Below are positions 1 to 10,494 of a DNA stretch of 64,000 nt, piece after piece; within the stretch, counting starts at the first letter, position 1; every line of letters starts with the position of its first letter. The stretch comes from Phycisphaerae bacterium. GTDB lineage: Bacteria > Planctomycetota > Phycisphaerae > UBA1845 > Fen-1342. A model generated the notes under the pieces. It was not told where the DNA came from and did not search any database. It saw only the letters and a list, made by a program, of their open reading frames with translations. A program made the position numbers and the translations under genes. The stretch lies in the NCBI GenBank assembly GCA_963675745.2, contig CAXXWX010000026.1:32001-96000 (forward strand), given 5' to 3'.

Positions 1-38
1 TCGGGGTCGCCCAAGCATGCTAAAACCGTTATTCAGCC

Positions 39-620
39 TCACGCGACAGCCTTTGTGTTCTGGCGTGAGTGGTTCTCGTTTCGGTACATGAGGTAATCTC
101 CGACTTCGTTCATGAGTTCGTCGATGCTGGTGCAGCGGTGATTCCGGGTGACTTCGGCATGCAGATCCAGCAGACCCGCTCGATCGGATTAAACTCCGGT
201 GCATACGGTGGCAGGAAGTGCAACTGAATCCGCGGAAACGCCGCCAACGCCAGCGTGGTCTGTCGGCTGCTGTGGATACTGTAGTTGTCCACGATCACAT
301 GGATCCGCTTCGCATAGCGATACGTGCGCGACAGATGCTTCAATAGATCGATGAACAACCCGCCTGCGTTTGTGCGTCGCCGCCACCCAGCGCACCAACC
401 TCGTCCGCGCGTCGAGCGCACCGGCCACGTACCGCTTCACGTTCTGGCCCGGCGTGACGACCGTCTTCTGTTGGCCGCACAACATCCAGTCGGCCCCGAT
501 CTTCGGGTTCAAGTGGATGTCGACTTCGTCGGCATAGACGGCGACTTCGTTCTTCGGCAACTGCTCGATCAATTGCCGTATCTTGCGGATTCGGCGATTT
601 CGCCGAGATTTCGACCAGGG
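39..620 (-). pseudogene. IS630-family transposase remnant (DDE domain only, two frameshifts, 5' half lost)
   Basis: Three frames join into an IS630 DDE domain: YADEVDIHLNP...TPGQN (ORF 189..779), IVDNYSIH...[16 protein letters not shown] (ORF 110..421), then [18 protein letters not shown]...AVA* ending at 39; cut at 620 by the next element. Confidence 0.85.
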
Positions 621-2253
621 TGTATGCGTCCACCGAAAGTTGCGCGCCGATCCGAACGCCCCTCGCAGTGCAAAGTGACGTCTTATCCATGCACAGCTTG
701 GCTTGCACGGGGCATAGAAGCACATGTCTGCCCGGTTGCGCCCGAGACATCGTGTGATCACGTCTCTCGGCGCGCACATTCACTGCAATGAGGTGGCGTG
801 GCACACGTGCATCCGCCAGTTTACGCCGCGCGTTTGAGCGAGACGATCGGCAGATTCCGCTGGCGATTCAGGAACTCGACCCTCAGTGTGAACTGATCGC
901 CCGGCTGTCCTGCGATCAGTGCATTTGGCCCGGCGCAGGGTGAGCAGCGCGGCCAGCGAGCGCGTGGCTCGATACGCGGCCGTCCGTTGGCGGGGCGCAG
1001 TCGGAGATAGACCTCGTTCGGCGTCCTGCCTTCCAGCGCTGCGTGAGGACGATGCTTGTTGTACCAGACAAAGAAGTCATCGATCCCCTTGCGAAATCTC
1101 GATCGGCCCTGCGGAACCAGGATGCGGGGCGTGCCCTCGTCTTTCAACGTTCTGATGAAGCGCTCAACGACGGCAATGCTCCCGTGGCGCCCTACCGCTC
1201 CGTACCGCGGCCGAACTCCCCTGCGGCGACACCAGTTCTTGAAGCCCTCGCACCAGAAGATGCTGTCCTTGTCGCAGATCAGGTACTTGGGCGTTGTATT
1301 CGCACGAGCAATCAGCCGGCCCAGGAAGCTACGCACCGCAAGTGAGGTGGGCCGCTTCGGAAAGACCGAGAAGCTCATCGCACGCCGCGAGTAATGGTCA
1401 ATGACAATGGCCAGCCACCAGCAGAACGGCCAGCACTGGGGCAGTGCGAATGGCAGCCAGGGTGCCCAGAGGCCCGCGCGCGTGGGTACCGTAGTGAGAT
1501 CCACGTGCCAGACGTGGTTCGGATGCTTGGCCGTTACTACGCGTTCCGACGGTTCGACTGCATCACGTGGTGCTGGCTGCGGCGGTTCCTTGAGGATCCG
1601 CCCGACGGAGGTTGTACCGAGATGCAGACCTGCACGGCACAGCATCTCAGCGATCTTGCCCTTGCCCAGACTCGGGCACAGGGCCTTCAGACGTTGCACC
1701 ACGTAACGAACGAAGTCTGGGAACCGATTGACCGGCTCGCGGATCTGGATGAGCGCGTTCGCTCCGCCCTCGTCGATGCGCTTCATCCACGAGGCGATCG
1801 TGGCTGCTGTGACGAGGAACGTGTCAGCTGTCTGCTGCGCTGACCAGCCGCGCGAAGCACGGAGTTCGAGAATCGCCATCCGCTCGGTCGGCACGTAGTG
1901 CGGCCTCTTTTGTGGCTCGACCCGCTTCATCCGCGCGCCCTTGATCCGAATCTCCTCCGTGAGCAAGGCTACCTCTTGGCGAAGCCGGCCGTTCTCGGCC
2001 TTGAGACGTAGCCGAGCAATTGGGCTGTCGACCGCCCAACCGCGCGTGTAGGTCATGACGTACTGGGCCAGAGCGATGACCTGCAGCACGGCTGACTTCA
2101 CACGCTGCGGCCAACCCCGCGGGAGCGGGATTCGGGGCGGATCGGGTCGCTTGGACATCGTGCCTCCAAGCCGCGCCGCAGCCATCATAACGGCTTGGAC
2201 GAAAAGACGTTACACGCCGTTGGCAACGGCGCAACTTTCGCTGGACTAGGACA
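621..2253 (-). mobile_element. IS481-like (rve integrase-core) insertion sequence with TGT-ended terminal inverted repeats
   Basis: TGTATGCGTCCACCGAAAGTTGCGC at 621-645 vs reverse complement of 2229-2253 TGTCCTAGTCCAGCGAAAGTTGCGC; flanks (CCAGGG / GTTCTT) are not a target duplication. Confidence 0.75.
821..2158 (-). CDS. DDE integrase-core (rve) transposase with N-terminal HTH
   Basis: WHVDLT, ICDKDSIF, VVERFIRTLKDE, WYNKHRPH motifs; start taken at MSKRPD (ORF track starts 2188). Confidence 0.85.
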   Translation of the reverse strand: MSKRPDPPRIPLPRGWPQRVKSAVLQVIALAQYVMTYTRGWAVDSPIARLRLKAENGRLRQEVALLTEEIRIKGARMKRVEPQKRPHYVPTERMAILELRASRGWSAQQTADTFLVTAATIASWMKRIDEGGANALIQIREPVNRFPDFVRYVVQRLKALCPSLGKGKIAEMLCRAGLHLGTTSVGRILKEPPQPAPRDAVEPSERVVTAKHPNHVWHVDLTTVPTRAGLWAPWLPFALPQCWPFCWWLAIVIDHYSRRAMSFSVFPKRPTSLAVRSFLGRLIARANTTPKYLICDKDSIFWCEGFKNWCRRRGVRPRYGAVGRHGSIAVVERFIRTLKDEGTPRILVPQGRSRFRKGIDDFFVWYNKHRPHAALEGRTPNEVYLRLRPANGRPRIEPRARWPRCSPCAGPNALIAGQPGDQFTLRVEFLNRQRNLPIVSLKRAA

Positions 2254-2329
2254 GTTCTTGCTGATTCCGTAACTTGTGAGTGGGCAACACCTTCCGCGCG
2301 CTGAGCTGGTTTGGCTCATAACCCGGAGG
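2253..2329 (+). repeat. att-like element end with 17-bp tRNA-Met core; inverted copy of 50351-50427
   Basis: 77-bp alignment to the reverse complement of 50351-50427 with 7 mismatches, ending in GGCTCATAACCCGGAGG (2313-2329). Confidence 0.85.
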
Positions 2330-2386
2330 GGCAACCTTCTCTGCACATTCACGGAGCGCGCGGCAGTGATTACGGCGCGTCGTCAG

Positions 2387-5300
2387 CTACCCGCCGAGCA
2401 GCGTGACGAATGCGTCGATGTCGCCGTTGTTCGTCCAGCCGTCGCCGTTGATGTCGCCGAGCATGATGTCGCAACCCGGGTACTCATCGGGGTACTCATC
2501 CGGATACGACAAGGCGAACACGAATGCGTCGATGTCGCCGTTGTTGACCCAGCCGTCGCAGTTCAGGTCACCTGCCGCGCACGGAGCGTCGTGGAACACC
2601 CCTGCGATCGGCAACGCCAGATCGTGGCAGGCCAAGGGCGTGGCTGTCACGAGCGCATCACCAGGTCTCACCACCGCCAGCATCGCCTGTGTGAAGATCG
2701 CCTCGTCGTTCCCGAACGTCGCAAACTCGCCCCACCAGTCCCAACCCTGCGGCGGTTCCTCAAGCATCATACCCAGCACCCACAAGCGTCCCGTGCACGG
2801 ATGCTCAACCATGCTCGTCACGTCCCGCATGTTGTCGATCACAACCGCGTCGGACAACGCCTCGTGAAGCACGCCAGCCACCGTGTCGTTGGCACCACGC
2901 TGGATCCAGTAACGCCGCACGGTTGTGCTGGTCGCCCCGTACGATGTCGCCGTGGCAGCGACGTATGCGCACGTGCCATCCCTGGAGAGCGTCAACGCCG
3001 TCGGGCCGCGTACGCCGGGGGCGTTCGGATCGTTCGGATCCAGCAGGCGATAGCGGCTTTCGGCCCCACCGGCGTCGTACACCAACAGCCAGCTGTTGAA
3101 GTTCAGATTCTGGCCACTGATCACAAACGCGTTGCCGTACGCATCCACCTCGATTTCCTTCAGTCGCTGGACGTCGACCACCGACATCTCCGGCGGATCG
3201 CCGTTCTGCGTCGGGTCATTCGCCGGGTTCAGCCCGTAGAGCTGTTCCACCGCATAGGTGCTGCCGCTCAGCCTCAGACGCGCGGCTGCCCGGTAGGTGC
3301 TCCCCGTGGCCGGCTGCACCTCCACCGGCACGACGTACAGCACGTTCGGATCATTCGAACCAAACACCGCGTCCCGTAGCGGCTCGCCGTGCGGCACGTC
3401 GCTGATCACGGCCAGTCCCACCCGCACCTGGCTGTCGCCGTACGGCAGCGGATTGACCGTCGGTGCCAGCACCGTCTGCGCATCTTCCAGTCTGATCAAC
3501 CCCTGCACGCCGTGCAGTTGATGCACCCGACCGGCCGGATCGACGAGCAGACGACCGTTGCCGCGATACTGATTGAACGGCCCACCAGGTGTGCTGGCCG
3601 GCGTCAGCCGAGCATCAGCACTCTGGTTGCGCGCATCGACGGTGTAGAGGAAGTCCTCCTGCAGGCTGTACCCCCAGGCGTCCACCCCGCTCGGCTTGCC
3701 GGCGATCACCAGCCGGTTCGGCGCAATGTTAACCGGACCACGCGTGGAACGCCGCCCGGGTGACCGCTGGTCAGAACCACCACACAGGTCCAGCACGAAC
3801 GGATCGCTAAGGATCGTGTCCCAGAGCAGCACGTCGTCCAGATCGATGAAGCCGTCTTGCGTGACTTGGTCCAGGCACCACTTGGCGTGGCCGGTGCCCG
3901 CGATGTCGAGCGTTTGACCATATTCGCCTAGCACGTACAGGAAGTCCTCTTCGGCCACGCCGTTCGGCGGCCCGAAGTCGCCGCAGTCATCGGTGCTCGA
4001 GCACACGATCTGCGGGTCCCAGTTGTCGATCTGCACCACCGCGTCACCGCCGCGCAGCTTCAGCTCCACGTACGTCCCCCGGCGGAAGTTCAAGCCATTA
4101 CGCGGGAAGCGACCGAAGAACGTGGCGAACCTATTGCTGCCAACCGCACCGGGCAAACCGGCCTGGGGTGGGTACAGCCGGGCGATCTCGACCAGGTTCT
4201 CGCTGACATCCGGCGCGGCGCTGAGATGGACAATCAGTACCGTGTTGGGATCGGGCGCCGCCGTGAAGCGGTAGTCGAACGCCACGATGATCTGATGCTC
4301 ACCCGCCCGGGCGAAGGCACCCTTGGCGGCTACCGAACTGGCTGGTTGCATCTCAGCACCACGCGTCCGCACCTCCATCGCGTGATTGTTCGGATCACCG
4401 GGTAGCGGGGCAGACACACGCTCGATCTGGCCCACGCGATTGGGCGGGAGCGGTGGATCTGGCTGTGGGTCATTCGGGTCGATTACCCGTTTCCGTACGC
4501 GGATGCGGAACTCCTCGTCATCCTCCATCGAAATGACCTTCAGCGAAAAACCCAGCAGTGGCACGTCCACGATTCGGCTGCCGTTCTCCATCGGCGCCGC
4601 CGGATCGTTCGGATCGCGCGTCAGCGAAATCTCCAGGCCGTTCGGGTCCACGCCGACCAGTTCCTCGTAGTACAACGTCTGCAACGCCGTGTTCAGAACC
4701 GCGCCCGGATGTAGCTTTAGCGTGCGGACGTAAACCGTCTCCGGGTAGTTGGGATCCAGCTGAAAGTCAAAGCCCTGCCGGTTGGTCAGGCTTACCTTGC
4801 ATTCGGGCAGGATCTCCAGCGTCTCGAGCACCCAATTTTCAGAGGGATCTTCGGTGAACCCGGGACTGCCGATGGCCTGGAAAGCGCCTGAGGTGCAATC
4901 CGGGTTGTAGGGGCCGCCGCAGTCGAAGTCCTGGGCGCGCAGCTCCAGCAGCTCGCCGCGCTCGCCTTCAGCGCCCTGCGTGATCAGCACATGGATGTAG
5001 TTGTACTGGAGTGTGGGGCGCTGATCCTCCGGGTCGTTCGGATCAGGATCGAGGTCCAGGTAGCGGTCACCCTCGGACACGATGTAGTTGCAGCGGATCA
5101 GTGAGTTACCCTCAACCCAGAACTCGCCGCCGAAACCCTCGCTCGACTCCAGCAGGAAGATGTTGTTGTTAACAATGTCATTGTGGCCGGCGAAGTCGGC
5201 CAGCTTGACGTCCACGTTCGTGTTCTGGATCGTCGCGTCGCGTACGACCAACGCGCCCTCGATCGTGATCGTACCCCACTGATCGGCTTGGCTGGGATCC

Positions 5301-8300
5301 GCACAACCACTGCCGGTGTGGCCGCTCAGGTCAACTGTGGCGCCCTGCTCAATCCGCAGTTCCGCCTCCGGCTCGATCCAGATGTTACCTGTGCCCGTGA
5401 TGTCCGTCCGGAAGATGGTCGCCGAAGTCTCGGCCGATTGGGTCACCAACAGCAGCGTGCCGTCGGCCAAGTTCAGTGTGCCCGAACCGGTGAACCAACT
5501 CTGCTCGACCAACAGCTCGCCGGTCTCCACGTGCAACTGGCCGCTCAGATACGCGTGGCTGGATGCTATACGGCCGGCGCTTCCCGTCGGTGCGGCATTG
5601 TAGCGCAACGTCACGTTCTCGAGCGTCGGAGATCCGTAGGAGCTGACGAGGCCACCGCCCGAACTCGTCGCGGAGCAACCCTCCAACGTGCAGCTGCGCA
5701 GCATCAAGCGGTCGAACCTCAGACGGACCGCGCCGCCGGAATCGGCAGCGCCGTAGCGCACCACAAAACCCTCGAGAGTGCTTAGTCCATGTCCGAGTGA
5801 ATCGGGGTCGATTACCCGGCCGGCGCCGCCGCAGTCGACCACCGTTGGGCCGGGCTGCTCGTAGGCGCGAACGACAATCGACTGATCATGAAAGTCCAAC
5901 TCGAAGTTGCCCGCGCCTGAGTACGTCCCAGCCGCGACGAGCACCGTGTCGCCTTCGGCGACGACATCGAGTGCCGCTTGGATCGTCCGCTTGGGGCCGA
6001 CAATACCACCCTGATGCGTCGGCCATGAGCCATCCCAGCCGTCGTCGCCGAGGAGGCTGACGTACCAGGCATTGCCTGCCGGATTACTGCCGTAACGCTC
6101 ATGTTCGGCCACGTTGACGATCCCGTCACCATCGAAATCGCCGTTTGGGTCGCCCGCGTTCGGATCGCCGAAATACTCTAGCTCCCACCAGTCTGGCAGA
6201 GTGTCGCCGTCGGAGTCCAGAAACTCATCGGCCCCGATGTCAACACTCGTACCGAGCACGCGAGCGTCACCGTCGATGTCATAGGGAATCGGTTCGTTCA
6301 CATCCTCATCGGCGTCGAGGTCAAGCCAGTCCAGCGGCAACGCGGCGGTGCTGCCGGCGTCAATGCACGGCGAGCCCGCCGTGAGATGCCCATCGGGTGT
6401 GAGCAGCGGATCAGCATCGAGATTCCCATCCCCCGGCCAGCCGCCCCGCACATCGCAGTGATTGAGGAGGACATTGGCGGAAACGACGTAGATCTCTTGT
6501 GGGCTGTCGCCCCACAGAATGCAGTTGGTCAGCGTCGCATCGCCCGACCAGCAGTAGACGCCACCACCGACATCGTTGGCTGCGTTACCGCTGATCGTGC
6601 AATTCACGAGCGACGGGCTGCTCGCGCCCTCGGAGAAGATGCCACCGCCACGGTAACTTGACGTGTTCCCATTGATCGTGCAGTTCGTCAGCGTTGGGCT
6701 ACCGTAGGCACAGTAGACACCGCCGCCGGGGCCGGCGGTGTTCCCGCTGATTGCACAGTTGGTCAGTGTCGGGCTGCTGCCATCTCGGCAGGCGACGCCG
6801 CCGCCGTAGGCAGCCGTGTTCCCGTTCCCCATGATCGCGCAGTTGGCCAGCGTCGGGCTGCTGCCACCTTGGCAGAAGACGCCGGCGCCGTACACAGCGA
6901 TACCGTTCACAATCGTCAGATCTGCTAAGACCGAATCTGCTCCCTCGCCGCTGCGGAAGTTGAACCCACGGCTGGCTTCCTCGCAGTCGATGATACACAA
7001 CCTGGGGTCGCGGGAGGCACCGCGCACGGTGATCGCCTTGCCGCGGAAATCGAGTCCGCGGTTGCCTGTGCCTGTGTACGTGCCGTCGGCAATCTCCACG
7101 ATCTCACCGTCGTAAGCTGCATCGATTGCCGCCTGGATCGTTGGAAAATACGCCGGCACCTGCAATGGACCAGCCGGATATACGTCAAGCGTCACGTTGA
7201 TGGCCCGCGGCGAATTGACTGCCGTGGGGGCGCTCACCATGATCTCGGCGGCGTAGCTGCCGGGTGTTAGGCCACTACTGTCGGCTCCGAGCTGTATCTC
7301 GTCGACCTCGCCACTTGACTCTCCTTCAGTCGGCAACACAGAAAGCCACGAAGGCGCACCGGTAATCGTCCAGTCCATGGATCCGTCACCGTAGTTTTGA
7401 AGCGCGAGAAACTGCTGAGGCGGCGTTCCACCTTCCTGCAACCTGAATGCGAAGTCGGTTGCGCTGAGAGCCAGCCATGGTCCCGGTCCGGCCACGCCAA
7501 ACTCGAATGCGCCCATATCAGCGAGCGCTATACCACTTCCGTCCCCATCGATGGGACGCGGATTGCCGTCCAGATCGCCAGCCGGCAGGCCGCCGGCAGG
7601 TGAGTTGGTTCCGGCGTCGATGCACGGTGATGCGGCGCTAAGCCGGTAATCGTTGTCTTCCCACGTGTTTGGATCGTTGTCGGGACCGTCAGGGTCGACA
7701 AACAGTGGGTCGGCGTCGATGTTGCCCGTCCCCGGCCAGCCGCCCTGGACGTTGCAGTTCACGACGGTCGGGGTGCTGTTGACATCGTACAGGTGGATTT
7801 CCTCTGGTGCATCGCCCCACAGGTTGCAATTCGTCAGCGTGGGACCGCTATCGTAACAAAAGACGCCGCCACCGTTGGTGTTCTCGCTGATCGTGCAGTT
7901 TGTCAGAGTCGGACTACTGTAGTTCAGGGCGACGCCTCCGCCCGTGTTCCCGCTGATGCTGCAGTTAGTCAGCACCGCGTCGCACCACACACACCACACG
8001 CCACCGGCGCCGAGCGACGAGTTCCCACTGATGGTACAGTTAGTCAGCGTAGGGTCGCATTCGTCCACACTGACGCCGCCACCGAGAAACGCTGTGACGT
8101 TCTCGCTGATTGCGCAGTTCGTCAGAGTTGCATCGCTCCTGTAGCAATGGACACCGCCGCCTTCGCTGCTGCCGCCCATTACAAGATTCCCGCTGATGGT
8201 GCAGTCAATCAGCGTCGGCTCACTATAGGAGCAGTAGACGCCGCCACCGGCGCTTCTGTTGCCCGTGCCAGAGTTCCCGCTGATTGTGCAGTTCGTCAGA

Positions 8301-9202
8301 GTCGGGTCGCTACGGCTGCAAAAGATGCCGCCACCATCGGACGAGGCCAAGTTCACGCTGATCGTGCAATTGGACAGCGATGGGCTGCTGTTGGACAAGT
8401 AGACACCGCTGCCTGATGACGCCGAATTGTCGCTGATCGTGCAGTTCGTCAGCGTCGGGTAGCTGTAGTGGCTGCAATAGATCCCGCCGCCGAACCAACT
8501 CGCCGAATTGTCACTGACTACGCAGTTCGTCAGTGTCGCGCGGCTGTCATCACGGCAGCGGACGGCGGCGCCGTATTCAGCCGAATTGCCACCAATTGTG
8601 CAGTCGATTAGCGTCGCATCGCTTTCGTAGCAATGGACGCCGCCGCCGTACGCGGCGTAATTCCCACTGACAATGCACTGCCTGAGTAGTGGATCGCTGC
8701 CGGCGCAGTAGATTCCTCCGGCGTAGGAGTGGAAGTTGCCGTCACCATCCGGATCTTCGTCGGCGCCGTATCCGTTCATTATCGTCAGTCCCTCGACGAT
8801 CGAATCCGGACCTTCGCCACTGTCAAAATAGAATCCGCGATGCGGCTCATTCGGGGCAGCCTGGCAGTCGATCACACACGTTGCCGGGTCGCCCGATGCA
8901 CTCCGCACGGTGATCGCCTTGCCACCGAAATCCAGGTCACGATTGCCGTCACCTGTGAACGTGCCATCGAGCAGCACGACCTCGTCACCGTCGACGGCAA
9001 CATCAATCGCCTGCTGAATCGCATCGAACGGGTGCGTGGCCGATCCGTCCTCGTTCGGGTCGCTGATCAGTGGGTCCCCCGGCCCCGGGTCATTCGGCGC
9101 GTCGTCATCGACATACCACACGCCACCGAGTGCCACCCCAGCCGCCAGACAGCTCAACCAGATCGCCACGGCGTAGCGCCATTCGTTTCGTCGCCCGGAC
9201 AT
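2387..9202 (-). CDS. Giant secreted protein (2271 aa): right-handed beta-helix repeats, BACON/Ig-like domain, Ca-binding DxDGD motifs, C-terminal dockerin-like domain
   Basis: Signal peptide; many 'PTLTNCTISGN..GGGVYC' repeats; DSDGDTLPDWWE; terminal GDLNCDGWVNNGDIDAF..GDINGDGWTNNGDIDAF. Confidence 0.9.
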   Translation of the reverse strand: MSGRRNEWRYAVAIWLSCLAAGVALGGVWYVDDDAPNDPGPGDPLISDPNEDGSATHPFDAIQQAIDVAVDGDEVVLLDGTFTGDGNRDLDFGGKAITVRSASGDPATCVIDCQAAPNEPHRGFYFDSGEGPDSIVEGLTIMNGYGADEDPDGDGNFHSYAGGIYCAGSDPLLRQCIVSGNYAAYGGGVHCYESDATLIDCTIGGNSAEYGAAVRCRDDSRATLTNCVVSDNSASWFGGGIYCSHYSYPTLTNCTISDNSASSGSGVYLSNSSPSLSNCTISVNLASSDGGGIFCSRSDPTLTNCTISGNSGTGNRSAGGGVYCSYSEPTLIDCTISGNLVMGGSSEGGGVHCYRSDATLTNCAISENVTAFLGGGVSVDECDPTLTNCTISGNSSLGAGGVWCVWCDAVLTNCSISGNTGGGVALNYSSPTLTNCTISENTNGGGVFCYDSGPTLTNCNLWGDAPEEIHLYDVNSTPTVVNCNVQGGWPGTGNIDADPLFVDPDGPDNDPNTWEDNDYRLSAASPCIDAGTNSPAGGLPAGDLDGNPRPIDGDGSGIALADMGAFEFGVAGPGPWLALSATDFAFRLQEGGTPPQQFLALQNYGDGSMDWTITGAPSWLSVLPTEGESSGEVDEIQLGADSSGLTPGSYAAEIMVSAPTAVNSPRAINVTLDVYPAGPLQVPAYFPTIQAAIDAAYDGEIVEIADGTYTGTGNRGLDFRGKAITVRGASRDPRLCIIDCEEASRGFNFRSGEGADSVLADLTIVNGIAVYGAGVFCQGGSSPTLANCAIMGNGNTAAYGGGVACRDGSSPTLTNCAISGNTAGPGGGVYCAYGSPTLTNCTINGNTSSYRGGGIFSEGASSPSLVNCTISGNAANDVGGGVYCWSGDATLTNCILWGDSPQEIYVVSANVLLNHCDVRGGWPGDGNLDADPLLTPDGHLTAGSPCIDAGSTAALPLDWLDLDADEDVNEPIPYDIDGDARVLGTSVDIGADEFLDSDGDTLPDWWELEYFGDPNAGDPNGDFDGDGIVNVAEHERYGSNPAGNAWYVSLLGDDGWDGSWPTHQGGIVGPKRTIQAALDVVAEGDTVLVAAGTYSGAGNFELDFHDQSIVVRAYEQPGPTVVDCGGAGRVIDPDSLGHGLSTLEGFVVRYGAADSGGAVRLRFDRLMLRSCTLEGCSATSSGGGLVSSYGSPTLENVTLRYNAAPTGSAGRIASSHAYLSGQLHVETGELLVEQSWFTGSGTLNLADGTLLLVTQSAETSATIFRTDITGTGNIWIEPEAELRIEQGATVDLSGHTGSGCADPSQADQWGTITIEGALVVRDATIQNTNVDVKLADFAGHNDIVNNNIFLLESSEGFGGEFWVEGNSLIRCNYIVSEGDRYLDLDPDPNDPEDQRPTLQYNYIHVLITQGAEGERGELLELRAQDFDCGGPYNPDCTSGAFQAIGSPGFTEDPSENWVLETLEILPECKVSLTNRQGFDFQLDPNYPETVYVRTLKLHPGAVLNTALQTLYYEELVGVDPNGLEISLTRDPNDPAAPMENGSRIVDVPLLGFSLKVISMEDDEEFRIRVRKRVIDPNDPQPDPPLPPNRVGQIERVSAPLPGDPNNHAMEVRTRGAEMQPASSVAAKGAFARAGEHQIIVAFDYRFTAAPDPNTVLIVHLSAAPDVSENLVEIARLYPPQAGLPGAVGSNRFATFFGRFPRNGLNFRRGTYVELKLRGGDAVVQIDNWDPQIVCSSTDDCGDFGPPNGVAEEDFLYVLGEYGQTLDIAGTGHAKWCLDQVTQDGFIDLDDVLLWDTILSDPFVLDLCGGSDQRSPGRRSTRGPVNIAPNRLVIAGKPSGVDAWGYSLQEDFLYTVDARNQSADARLTPASTPGGPFNQYRGNGRLLVDPAGRVHQLHGVQGLIRLEDAQTVLAPTVNPLPYGDSQVRVGLAVISDVPHGEPLRDAVFGSNDPNVLYVVPVEVQPATGSTYRAAARLRLSGSTYAVEQLYGLNPANDPTQNGDPPEMSVVDVQRLKEIEVDAYGNAFVISGQNLNFNSWLLVYDAGGAESRYRLLDPNDPNAPGVRGPTALTLSRDGTCAYVAATATSYGATSTTVRRYWIQRGANDTVAGVLHEALSDAVVIDNMRDVTSMVEHPCTGRLWVLGMMLEEPPQGWDWWGEFATFGNDEAIFTQAMLAVVRPGDALVTATPLACHDLALPIAGVFHDAPCAAGDLNCDGWVNNGDIDAFVFALSYPDEYPDEYPGCDIMLGDINGDGWTNNGDIDAFVTLLGG
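2397..5044. repeat. 2.65-kb direct repeat, copy 1 (copy 2 at 13967-16614)
   Basis: Constant offset 11570; shadow ORFs in the track translate identically in both copies; first mismatch seen at 5045/16615; high similarity continues to about 5416/16986. Confidence 0.9.
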
Positions 9203-9520
9203 CGCCCACCTTCCTGCTTGACTTGCCCTGGATCAGCTAAGCCTGCGGCAGCGACCACCACTGACGCGGCGCGATTCACGCATCGAAGTCCTATTGCAGA
9301 CCGCCCCAGCGATCTTGCACGAATCGCCCCAGATTTATGCCGCAGGCCAGCGCGACGCGCCATCGGAGCCACTGTTTCCCGCCGCCCGGAGCGGTCTACA
9401 CGTCCAATATACCCCCTCGGCGACTGGATCAGAAAGGACAATGTCGCTGGCGCAGTCCACATCCACACACCATCAACCGCCGCGGCTGGCACAGCCAACC
9501 AGGCACCGCGCTGCAAATCA
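9203..9520 (-). promoter_or_regulatory. Conserved 5' leader of giant exoprotein gene, copy 1
   Basis: Aligns with 18955-19270; near-identical core CACGTCCAATATACCC.CTCGGCGACTGGATCAGAAAGGACAATGTCG, with a -10-like TATATT on the minus strand. Confidence 0.65.
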
Positions 9521-9595
9521 TGCGTCGTCGCCTGTTTACGTGTTTACGTGAAAGGGGCCCCGATCGCGGCAGACGCTGATGTCCTAAGCGTAGGG

Positions 9596-10267
9596 CTATG
9601 ACCGCCTGCGTGGATGCAGCAGGGCGAAAGCGGCCAGGAGCGTCAATGATGCGGGTTCGGGCACGATCAGCGAGAACTTGTGATTCTGCGGCATGCCGCC
9701 GTCATCGATTCCCGGCAGGGCATCGCCGGTGGTACCAATCGTAGGGGCGCCACCGCTCACGAACCAACCCGCGGACGTGTCCGCGCCAACACCGAGGGCG
9801 AGGATCCCCGCCGCCGGGATCGAGATCGGCGCATCCAGCGTCAGCGTCCAGAGATACCAGCCGGTCTGGCCGCTCGGCAGGTCGACCTCGAACCCACTAA
9901 AGTACTGCTGGTCAGAGTCGTAGAAGTCGAACAGAAGTGTGCTGCCGCTGCTCCCGCCAGCAATGCCTCCCAAGAACTGGAGCCTGACCAGTTCGCCCGT
10001 CGTGTCGACGGGAAGCGTGCTGACATAGTCGTCGCGTGAGAGATACATGTTTGGATCATCGCCGGGCACAAGCAGGCCACTTCCTATATCGAGCTTCGAG
10101 TACACGGATTGCTCGCTCCGCGCGGCCCACGAGGTCACCGACGCGGTGGCTGATGCGCGCATGATGGTCGTATTGACTGACCGATGATCGATACGATCAG
10201 CAAACGATGCTGACACCACACTGGTCATCACGATTCCGATTGCGGCGTTCATTGATCGCTTGTTCAT
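9596..10267 (-). CDS. PEP-CTERM sorting-domain exoprotein
   Basis: Signal peptide; C-terminus VPEPASLTLLAAFALLHPRRRS. Confidence 0.88.
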   Translation of the reverse strand: MNKRSMNAAIGIVMTSVVSASFADRIDHRSVNTTIMRASATASVTSWAARSEQSVYSKLDIGSGLLVPGDDPNMYLSRDDYVSTLPVDTTGELVRLQFLGGIAGGSSGSTLLFDFYDSDQQYFSGFEVDLPSGQTGWYLWTLTLDAPISIPAAGILALGVGADTSAGWFVSGGAPTIGTTGDALPGIDDGGMPQNHKFSLIVPEPASLTLLAAFALLHPRRRS

Positions 10268-10494
10268 CAGCTCACCCCTTTCGTGCCGCGCGGCACGTAT
10301 TTCACACCTGTTTTACGGGCATCACCAGCAACGCTAACACTCCCCCGAGGCCACCGTGATAACGGCGGCTAAGTACCGGTGCGCGCGTACGCCCTCATTG
10401 CGTTATAGGCTCCGTCGTGGGCACAATTCAAACGCGGCCTTCCACCACCGCGGTGAATCTGCTGTACACGCAGCACCTGCCTTGTCCACCCTGC

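Noticed and set aside
2276..3379. Long antisense ORFs (also 24867..26411, 59180..60577, 60810..62791 etc.)
   Set aside because: Shadow frames of motif-supported genes in GC-rich DNA
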